A stretch of DNA of 17,361 nt from Pseudobacteriovorax sp. (lineage in GTDB: Bacteria; Bdellovibrionota_B; Oligoflexia; Oligoflexales; Oligoflexaceae), in NCBI GenBank assembly GCA_050293845.1, contig JBNKNM010000111.1:1-17361 (forward strand). The letters run 5' to 3'. The notes beneath the pieces are model-generated. The model did not search any database. It had not been told where the DNA came from and saw only the letters and a program-made list of their open reading frames with translations. Positions 1 to 7,356 of the stretch are shown piece by piece; positions within the stretch are counted from its first letter, which is position 1; every line of letters begins with the position of its first letter. The position numbers were made by a program, and so were the translations under genes.

Positions 1-42
1 CTATCCTCGAAGCGTCTGAATTGCCCTCCTTGCCAACTTCAT

Positions 43-260
43 TTAGGTGAGGTTGGCTACCTGCGGCTGCAATTGGATGCTAGGTCCATCTTCGTAACAC
101 CGCCTCCAACTGCGAACCGTACCCTCGTCAAGAAAAAGAAAGCGGGCGATATCAACTAAAGCTTCACCTGCGTCAATCAGAAGAATGATTTGAATGCGAT
201 CCGCATATCGGCGGTTACTCTCACGCGACAGTTAGTCTAGGAGTTCTTGTAGCTGCAACA
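43..260 (-). pseudogene. IS630-family transposase N-terminal HTH remnant
   Basis: Manual minus-strand translation: LQLQELLD*LSRESNRRYADRIQIILLIDAGEALVDIARFLFLDEGTVRSWRRCYEDG. This resembles the IS630 N-terminal pattern (DRI..ILL...G....IA..L......V..W...Y..G). In-frame TAA at 234-232; similarity is lost after about nt 85 and there is no DDE domain. Confidence 0.7.
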
Positions 261-549
261 GAACCAAATTATCCGATGGATCAAATTTCTAACTGCCGCA
301 TAGCACCTTTATTAAGATTTTAAAAGGTGATCAAAATTTTTAAAAAAAACGTAGCGATCTCCTCTAAAAAAACACCCTTTCTTCATTTAGTCCGCTATTG
401 CATGAATCTGCTCAATTTGGCATTTTTTAATGCCGAGAATAACGATCAAGGGAAGACCTCATGAGATATTCAAGTATGTATCTATTCATGTGCTAAAAAT
501 TTATGTTACTATTCATAATAAGAGATTAACTTATCCACTATAGGAAAAT

Positions 550-1269
550 GTGATCATTATATTCCTCATTTTCAGCTTACTTTCTGGAATTTGCTTAGGG
601 AAAGAGCAGCTTATCAAAGCGAGTATAGGTCAAATTCCTGTTGTATCTGAGTCTGCTGAAAAAGGTGTATATCCTGAATCAGTTATAGAAATTGAAAAAA
701 TATCTGGGATAAAAATAGATATTAAGGTGGTGCCATTTGAACGTTCATTAAACATGGCCATCAAAGGTGATGCAGATTTTCATATTCCCATAATAGAGAC
801 TGATATAGGAGACGCACCTTATTTCTTTTCTTCGGAAATTTTACATAAGATGGCCTTTGCAATTTATTCTAATAAAAATAACCCTATCGATAAAGATCAC
901 TTAGAAGATAAAGCAATTGAATCAGACTCTGCTCACGTTAAATTATTTCCGTTCAAAACAATACCATCTACTTGTTTAGAATGTAGTCTAAAAAAAGTCA
1001 ATTATGGAAGAATTGATGGTTTTGTTTATGCTTTTTTCGCTGCTGATAAAGTTATAAGAGCAGAAAAGCTTTATAATATACATCGAGAGTTGTACAAAAA
1101 TTACAGTGTTAAAGCTTTAATTGCAAAAACCAAGCGGGGAAAATATATAGATCAATTTTTAACAAAATACATCAGCATCTTGAAAAAAAATGGAACTTGG
1201 AATATATATTATCCACCTGAGGAAGATATATATACCCATTGGCAACCTCATGATCTAAAGTCACCGTAA
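550..1269 (+). CDS. Periplasmic substrate-binding protein, family 3 (amino acid ABC-type/PBP2 fold), orphan
   Basis: 239 aa with an N-terminal signal peptide. Motifs GVYPE...I.I..VPFERSLNMAIKGDADF and LKKVNYGRIDGFV are typical of family 3 SBPs. GTG start follows AGGA at 542-545. Confidence 0.8.
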   Translation: MIIIFLIFSLLSGICLGKEQLIKASIGQIPVVSESAEKGVYPESVIEIEKISGIKIDIKVVPFERSLNMAIKGDADFHIPIIETDIGDAPYFFSSEILHKMAFAIYSNKNNPIDKDHLEDKAIESDSAHVKLFPFKTIPSTCLECSLKKVNYGRIDGFVYAFFAADKVIRAEKLYNIHRELYKNYSVKALIAKTKRGKYIDQFLTKYISILKKNGTWNIYYPPEEDIYTHWQPHDLKSP

Positions 1270-1719
1270 CAACGCTTACTGATTGAATCCATAGTGAAAA
1301 GTTAGTTTATTGGTTCTCCAAAGTTATAATAATAAGTAAAAATTTAGACTCGATCGTACACCACCCTGTTTTGACATTCCGATTTAGATAGCGCTGATTG
1401 CGAAATGTGCTATATTCTAACCCCTTCCTAGCACGGTATTTTTAATGGTTAGGCCAGAATTCTCATTATCGCGGAAGAGCTTTTCCCAATTAATATCAGT
1501 CATTTTTGTCTCCTAAATTGTACCTTCTTGATACATTCAGGATATCGTCAATTCTCTAGACTTAAAAACATGGAGATATAGATCGCTTACTGATCTTCGC
1601 CGGGCACGTAAGGTTAATGGCAATCTTGAATACGCCAGAATACCTTTTCACGCGTTAAAGCGTCGAGAGCCTGCATAAACTTACCGATTAGGTAATAAAT
1701 CGCACTTAGAGGGGAACTG

Positions 1720-3240
1720 ATGAAATTCATAGAACTTTTGCTACTAGGGTCAATGTTTTTAGTAAGTTGTACATCACAGACTAAGGTGAGTGATAGTGGC
1801 GACATCCAGGGAGCAGGAGCCTCACCAATTGATAATGAGGCCTCCAAGGATGCTGCCCAAACAGAGGATGAGCTAGAATCAATAGTCGAAAGAAGAGACG
1901 AGCTAAGTAGGACAGACGACTTCGTCTTGGTGAGCGAAACGCCCCTTTCGACCTTCTCTGCAGATGTTGATACAGCCTCATACACACGGTTTAGAGAAAC
2001 TATGCAAAAATTTGGACAAGTTGATCAAGCAGCAATTCGCACCGAAGAGTTTCTCAATTACTTTCCCTATCAATATGCAAACCCCACCGCAGAAGAGGTG
2101 TTTTCTTATAATTTCGCATCGACTCCAACACCTTGGAATGAAGGTACTCGGATTGCTCGTATAGGATTGAAGACTTTTGAACCTGCTGACTTAAAGACAC
2201 GAGCCAAAAACCTGACATTCTTAATCGATGTTTCGGGCTCCATGTCTGGCAACAAGCTAAACCTTATAAAAGAATCCATGACTCAATTAGTTGGTAAGCT
2301 CGCCCCAGAGGATACAATTGCTATCGTCACTTATGCCGGACGCGATGAAGTTGTACTATATCCGACCCCCATTTCTCAACGCGATATGATCATCGCTGCA
2401 ATCCAGGGTTTGGATGCTGGTGGGGGTACGAATGGTGCTGCAGGAATCACAACAGCCTATAAGCTAGCTAACGATACTTTTGTCACTGGTGGTGTTAACA
2501 GGGTTTATTTATGCACCGATGGCGATTTTAATATTGGTATAACAACCTCTGACGCACTCGGGCAACTTGTCCAGCAAGAATCCCAAAAGGGAATTTTTCT
2601 GAGTGTATTCGGAGTGGGTGCCAATGGTGGATATCAGGATCAAATGCTAGAATCCATTACAGGCGAAGGAAATGGCGTCTACCACTATATCGATAGTGAA
2701 ACCGAAGCCGCGAAAGTCCTAGGAATCGACTTGTACAAGGGGCTTGTAACCGTGGCAAAGGATACCAAATTTCAACTTAGCTTTAATCCAGATATGGTTT
2801 TTATGTACCGACTTATTGGCTATGAAAATCGCCGTTTAAATGACGAGGATTTTGAAAATGATGCCAAAGATGCTGGTGATATTGGTGCTGGTCATGAACT
2901 TACCGCCATTTATGAAGTCATGTTAAATGAAGGTGTCTCACTTAGCACCGCTTCTGCACCCTTGTTTACTTTATCCACTCGGTTTAAAAGACCTGAAGCA
3001 ACAGAGTCAGAGTTACTTTCTGTTTCATTTATTGATGATGGAACAGACGATATCATAGACAATCCCGATTTGAGCTTTCAAATTGGATTGGTAGCTTTTA
3101 CGTCTACACTTAAAGAGTCTCAACATACGGTAGATTTGGATGCCGCGGTGATGAGGTCCCTCATTACCCAGGGGGTAAGTGGCGAAACTGATTTGGGATT
3201 AAGAACCGAGTTTTCGAAATTATTAGATCTTCAGAAATGA
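1720..3240 (+). CDS. YfbK-like von Willebrand factor A domain lipoprotein (vWF_A N-segment + VWA + DUF3520-like C-terminus)
   Basis: Lipobox LVSC. PLSTFSADVDTASY and IRTEEFLNYF are YfbK signatures. MIDAS elements DVSGSM, GGGTNG and LCTDGDFN; C-terminal YRLIGYENR..DAGDIGAGH. SD GAGGGG upstream. Confidence 0.92.
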   Translation: MKFIELLLLGSMFLVSCTSQTKVSDSGDIQGAGASPIDNEASKDAAQTEDELESIVERRDELSRTDDFVLVSETPLSTFSADVDTASYTRFRETMQKFGQVDQAAIRTEEFLNYFPYQYANPTAEEVFSYNFASTPTPWNEGTRIARIGLKTFEPADLKTRAKNLTFLIDVSGSMSGNKLNLIKESMTQLVGKLAPEDTIAIVTYAGRDEVVLYPTPISQRDMIIAAIQGLDAGGGTNGAAGITTAYKLANDTFVTGGVNRVYLCTDGDFNIGITTSDALGQLVQQESQKGIFLSVFGVGANGGYQDQMLESITGEGNGVYHYIDSETEAAKVLGIDLYKGLVTVAKDTKFQLSFNPDMVFMYRLIGYENRRLNDEDFENDAKDAGDIGAGHELTAIYEVMLNEGVSLSTASAPLFTLSTRFKRPEATESELLSVSFIDDGTDDIIDNPDLSFQIGLVAFTSTLKESQHTVDLDAAVMRSLITQGVSGETDLGLRTEFSKLLDLQK

Positions 3241-3251
3241 AAAGCCTAGCA

Positions 3252-3343
3252 ATCAACCAAAGGCTCAGCTTTCAGCAAGAGTTGGCAAACTTATTTTTTC
3301 TAGCTAGAGCGACTTTGCAAGTTAGCTGAGTTTTCAGGTTGGT
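3252..3343. repeat. Long imperfect inverted repeat / stem-loop (about 92 nt) downstream of the vWA gene
   Basis: Nested pairings, allowing G-U: ATCAACC 3252-3258 with GGTTGGT 3337-3343; AAGGCTCAGCT 3260-3270 with AGCTGAGTTTT 3324-3334; GCAAGAGTTG 3275-3284 with CGACTTTGC 3310-3318. Confidence 0.55.
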
Positions 3344-3499
3344 AATTCACGAAGTCGATCAGAGTTTGATTGGCATGACCCACTCGGCTAAAAAGTCACA
3401 GGTCAGGAACTGGTTAATTGTCACCAGGATATCTTCATAATGACACGATATTATTTTCACCCATAAAAACCACAAAGTGAAATATTTTTTGACAATCGG

Positions 3500-3527
3500 T
3501 GTCCATTTTCAGGGGGCTGACTCGTAT
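3500..3527 (+). promoter_or_regulatory. Candidate ECF-sigma promoter (TGTCCAT-N16-CGTAT) for the barrel/sigma/anti-sigma/caspase operon
   Basis: Spacing and motifs resemble TGTC..-N16-CGT ECF promoters. Lies 43 nt upstream of the ATG at 3571. Inference only. Confidence 0.35.
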
Positions 3528-3570
3528 AGAGTTCGATAATACAATGTTGACTATATTTTAGGGGCGTATC

Positions 3571-4446
3571 ATGAAAAAATATCTTGTTTTTGGAGTATTA
3601 GCCATTGCCTCTGCAGGCCGGGGGGAGACGGTGTACCTAAAAAATGGCACTGTTCTACAAGGGGCTATTGTGGAGATGAGTGAGACCAATATTACCCTAT
3701 CTACCTCTGATCTTGGGACTATCATTATTAAAAGACGCTCCGTGGCTTCGATTAGTGATGGCCAATATGCTCGCCATGGAACGGCTTTACCTCAAGCGAA
3801 TGTTCCTCAACCTGCTCCCCCAAAGAGTGCTCCAGTCCCCCCCAGTCCCCTCCAGGCCGCTGCCCCATCAGCAGTGCCAATCCAACAAGATATTACCATT
3901 AATAACGGTAAGGTTTCTGGTACATCATCTACAAATTCAGCTCTGGCTGCTGCCTCAGATAGGGGCCATTTACACAGTAATCTTGCCGTGGGCTATTCTG
4001 GGGTGCGGATAGGCAATGATCGCTTGCGTATGTCGTCCATTCATTGGGATGTGCTCTCCTTCCGTACCCCGTCAGGGTCAAGCTTTGGTCTTTTTGCTAG
4101 TGCGGGTCGAGGTGATGATGGTTCCTTTTCCACTGGTGGCATCAAATCTGATTGGGCCTTAACCAGAACCCGTTTTGCCCAAGGGGCATCGAGTCTTTCC
4201 TTTGGCTTGCACGGTGGTGTCAGTCAAGTGGTTTATAAGGAAGCGTGGTCTTTTCCATATTACCCTATGTATTATGACCAAGAGGTTAAGGCCCATGGGC
4301 CTAGCTTTGGCGGCCAGTTGGCTTATAACTTCCTCAGTGACCATGATTTTGGCTTTCAGGTAGGTATTTCAGCAACTAGGGTTTTCGATGATGACCGTGA
4401 AATAGATCTAGCGAGTGGTTTTGGTGGAATTTCGATCGTCTTTTAG
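3571..4446 (+). CDS. Secreted protein: small N-terminal beta domain, Pro/Ala/Ser-rich linker, C-terminal outer-membrane beta-barrel
   Basis: Signal peptide; ETVYLKNGTVLQGAIVE..I.L....G.I.I N-domain; PQPAPPKSAPVPPSP linker. Amphipathic strands end in GGISIVF (terminal Phe, beta-signal-like). SD AGGGG. Confidence 0.75.
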   Translation: MKKYLVFGVLAIASAGRGETVYLKNGTVLQGAIVEMSETNITLSTSDLGTIIIKRRSVASISDGQYARHGTALPQANVPQPAPPKSAPVPPSPLQAAAPSAVPIQQDITINNGKVSGTSSTNSALAAASDRGHLHSNLAVGYSGVRIGNDRLRMSSIHWDVLSFRTPSGSSFGLFASAGRGDDGSFSTGGIKSDWALTRTRFAQGASSLSFGLHGGVSQVVYKEAWSFPYYPMYYDQEVKAHGPSFGGQLAYNFLSDHDFGFQVGISATRVFDDDREIDLASGFGGISIVF

Positions 4447-4966
4447 AAAGCAAAAGAATACATCTGAGAGCTTTGACTGTCGCTCAGAGGGCAAGGTAGA
4501 GGAACTTTACCAGGCAGTAGCTCCTTATGCTTTGAGTAAAACCCTTTATATGGTTGGCTGTCCGCAGATTGCCCAAGAAATTCTCCAAGAGGTTTTTCTT
4601 AAACTGTGGAGTAAGAAGTTAGTCTTCTTGTCAATTAAATCAGCGTATCAATGGATATATACGGCTTGCCATTATCGCGCCATAGATTATCTCAAAGCGT
4701 CTGTTAATAGGGTTAAGAAAGAGGCTTTGGCGGAGCTTTGCCTGCCGGAAACTGTTTCCGATAGGACTGCTAATGGTCAGATGATTGGGATGATTGCGGC
4801 TCAATTATCAAAGCGACAGCTATCAATCCTTTCCTATCGATTTGTGGATGGTCACAGGGTTGCAGATATTGCTGATATGATGAAGCTTTCTGAAAAGACA
4901 ATTCAAAGGGAGCTTAAGCTTATTAAAAAGCTAGGCATGAAAATGAAGGGAGTTTGGGATGACTAA
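4415..4966 (+). CDS. ECF-type sigma-70 RNA polymerase sigma factor
   Basis: Region 2: AQEILQEVFLKLW and WIYTACHYRAIDYLK. Region 4: LSKRQLSILSYRFVDGHRVADIADMMKLSEKTIQRELK. Start is uncertain (GTG 4415, TTG 4421 or GTG 4424), all overlapping the upstream gene end. Confidence 0.9.
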   Translation: MVLVEFRSSFRKQKNTSESFDCRSEGKVEELYQAVAPYALSKTLYMVGCPQIAQEILQEVFLKLWSKKLVFLSIKSAYQWIYTACHYRAIDYLKASVNRVKKEALAELCLPETVSDRTANGQMIGMIAAQLSKRQLSILSYRFVDGHRVADIADMMKLSEKTIQRELKLIKKLGMKMKGVWDD

Positions 4967-5645
4967 GGAGCCTCCTACTACTAAGGAATCATTATTGGAT
5001 CAGCACCTTCGCCTGATGGAAGGGGTGAGCTATGAGGCAAAGGATCACGAAGAATTCTCTCGGGCGATGGCCTTGAAACCAGCCCCTCTTAGCTTGACAG
5101 AAAAATCAAAGAATGGATTAAAACCAATATATCTTGGTCTTGCCGCCACATTTTTCCTTGGTTTGCTCCCATTTTTATTACCTGAATTTCTCAGTGATCA
5201 GACCCCGCCCTTTTCACCCAAAGGCCAGTACGGTGTTTCTGTTTACTGGAAACGAGATGGTCAGGTACACAGGCTTAAAAGCCATGACCGCTCCTTACAA
5301 GCCGGTGACGAGATCACGGTAGAGGTGCATTCAGGGGTAAATAGTATCGTATTTCTCGGGATTTATAATCGCCAAGGCCAGCGGTTGCATGATGGGCAGT
5401 CCTTTCTGAGTAGTCAATCTTTTGTGTCGCGGGGAGAATCGCAGATTCTTCCCAAGGCTTTTGCCTTAACCGGTTCTAGCGAGGGGGAGTTCCTATCTAT
5501 ATTTTTCTGTAATCCTCAGGTGTTTGCCGAACAGTCGCACTATCTAAAAGACCTAGTCCATCGCAGCCGGTCTATGTCTGAAAATGAGCTGTTTATCAAT
5601 AATTTTATTAACTGTAAGGTAGTCCGGAGGCGTTTACGAGATTAA
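4959..5645 (+). CDS. Putative anti-sigma factor: short cytoplasmic N-terminus, single TM helix, extracytoplasmic DUF4384-like Ig-type domain
   Basis: Overlaps the sigma gene stop by 8 nt. TM segment IYLGLAATFFLGLLPFLL, then PKG.GVSVYWKRDG...LQAGDEITVEV...VFLGIYN..G...LPKAFALTGSSEGEFLSIFF, which resembles DUF4384. No ZAS HxxxCxxC motif. Confidence 0.65.
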   Translation: MTKEPPTTKESLLDQHLRLMEGVSYEAKDHEEFSRAMALKPAPLSLTEKSKNGLKPIYLGLAATFFLGLLPFLLPEFLSDQTPPFSPKGQYGVSVYWKRDGQVHRLKSHDRSLQAGDEITVEVHSGVNSIVFLGIYNRQGQRLHDGQSFLSSQSFVSRGESQILPKAFALTGSSEGEFLSIFFCNPQVFAEQSHYLKDLVHRSRSMSENELFINNFINCKVVRRRLRD

Positions 5646-5656
5646 GGTTTAGTGTT

Positions 5657-7219
5657 ATGACCACATATTTTTTTTACGGCATGTTACTTGTATTGATGCT
5701 GCCTATGGGAACCGTACAGGCTCAGGTGGGTGTGTTAGCTGTCGGGTCTAATCGCTCGGCAGATCCTAGTCTCAAACCCCTTCGCTATGCTGCCCAGGAT
5801 GCCAGGCGGTTTGCTAATACTATGCGAACGGTGGGCATGCTTTCGGAGGGAGATGTAAGTGTTTATGAAAACCCTAGCCTTGCCTCTTTTCGCAAAGCCA
5901 TCAAGACTATAAAGGCAAAGTGGTTAAAACCCCAAGCATCTCAATCTCAAAAATTTGTGTTTTACTACTCTGGTCATGCCGATGCTAGAGGCCTTCATTT
6001 AGCTGATGGGATTGTTACTAAGGAAGAGCTTCATCGCAGCTTAGAAGGAATCAAAGCCAAGACCAAGGTGGTCTTTCTTGACAGCTGCTATGCGGGGGGG
6101 CTAGCACAAAAAGGTATTCGCGAGGTTAAGCCCTTTAAAATTCCGCGGGCCACCTATGATGAGCCCACGGGATCTATCTTTCTGTCGGCCACTAGTGACA
6201 ATCGCCTTGCCTATGAAAGTAAAGAGCTTGGTGGTAGCTTATTTAGCCATCACTTGATTCGAGGTTTGGAAGGGAGTGCTGATGGTAATCGTGATGGAGT
6301 TGTGACTGTCACGGAACTCTATGAGTATAGCTTTCAGCAAGCACAGTTTCAGAATCAGGTCCTTCCAGCTTTTGCCCAAAAGCCAGAGTTTATTTCTGAT
6401 CTTAAGGGGCGCGGGGCCGTTGCCTTGTCTTTTCCCCTATCCCAAGTAGGGACCCTTAGCCTCATGGGAAATTTATTTGGTGAGGTCCTGGTCCGCTCTC
6501 GGCGAGGACTGCATTCCTTTCAATTTAATATAAGTCATGAGAAGAGCCGATCGTTCAAATTAGCTGCTGGTGAGTATCAAGTACGAGTTAACCATGATAA
6601 TCGCGTTGGCATCACAGAAGCTAAGATTCATACCAATAAGACTACCGTATTGACCACCTATGATTTTGACTGGATAGAGCAGGGCACGACGAGGTTCCCG
6701 TTACCCGTGAATCAAAAAGGTCTTGCCATAGTAGAGGACTCCAGTAAAGGTGGTAGTCATCTTGGGTCTGTTGCTATCGGCGTAAGCTTTCTTAGGACCA
6801 AGGCTAAGTCGGCTGACTTTCTGCCGACGGTGGCTTTTGATGTTATTCTAAAACCAATGGCTGACGTTTACCAACTTTCGGCCTTTGCCAGCACCGGAAA
6901 TAAGGACGAAGCTCATTTTACTTGGGGGGGGGGTAAGTTAGATCGGATTTGGTCTCCAGCGTCCCTACATCAATTGCGCTTTGGCTTAAACTTTGGCTAT
7001 GGGCAGATGCGCTTCCATGAGGATGCCCCCTCTGTCTATTTTTACCGCCCTCCGCATCAGGTCAAAGCAGAAGCTCTTAGCTTCGGTGGCCAAGCTAACT
7101 ATCATTACTCTTTCCGTAGGGATGTTGCCTTTCACCTTGAAGGACTATTGGGGTCTTTTTTGGATGGTGATGAATCGTCAGTATTTAGCTTACTGGGCGG
7201 TATGGCTTATGCCTTTTAA
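5657..7219 (+). CDS. Exported caspase-family (peptidase C14, orthocaspase-like) protein with C-terminal beta-barrel
   Basis: Signal peptide (VQA|Q); VLAVGSN..L.PLRYAAQDA. Catalytic dyad FYYSGHA (H107) and FLDSCYAG (C144). AYESKELGGSLFSHHLIRGLEGSADGNRDGVVTVTELYEY; a PEGA-like beta segment (LAAGEYQVRV); C-terminal amphipathic strands ending GGMAYAF. Confidence 0.92.
   Translation: MTTYFFYGMLLVLMLPMGTVQAQVGVLAVGSNRSADPSLKPLRYAAQDARRFANTMRTVGMLSEGDVSVYENPSLASFRKAIKTIKAKWLKPQASQSQKFVFYYSGHADARGLHLADGIVTKEELHRSLEGIKAKTKVVFLDSCYAGGLAQKGIREVKPFKIPRATYDEPTGSIFLSATSDNRLAYESKELGGSLFSHHLIRGLEGSADGNRDGVVTVTELYEYSFQQAQFQNQVLPAFAQKPEFISDLKGRGAVALSFPLSQVGTLSLMGNLFGEVLVRSRRGLHSFQFNISHEKSRSFKLAAGEYQVRVNHDNRVGITEAKIHTNKTTVLTTYDFDWIEQGTTRFPLPVNQKGLAIVEDSSKGGSHLGSVAIGVSFLRTKAKSADFLPTVAFDVILKPMADVYQLSAFASTGNKDEAHFTWGGGKLDRIWSPASLHQLRFGLNFGYGQMRFHEDAPSVYFYRPPHQVKAEALSFGGQANYHYSFRRDVAFHLEGLLGSFLDGDESSVFSLLGGMAYAF
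6924..6933 (+). repeat. G10 homopolymer within the caspase gene barrel region
   Basis: TGG GGG GGG GGT AAG (WGGGK). Stops TAA 6934-6936 and TAG 6939-6941 follow immediately in the two alternative frames. Confidence 0.8.
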
Positions 7220-7356
7220 TCCAACAGAGCTATTAGTCTTGCGCACAAGAGGATCTCTTTCTAAAAACACATATCATATAGCAGCTCGACCAATGCTAGA
7301 CTCCTAATCCCTTGGATGGTGGGCTGCTTTCGTTAAATTCCGCGCAGTCTTAGCAT

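Noticed and set aside
548..553. ATG-TGA start-stop overlapping the GTG start of the SBP gene
   Set aside because: The ATG is too close to the AGGA to be efficient; probably coincidental, though an indel near the start cannot be excluded.
1614..2164. Overlapping ORFs 1614..1985(-), 1781..1987(-), 1964..2164(+)
   Set aside because: Shadow frames of the well-supported vWA gene; no recognisable motifs.
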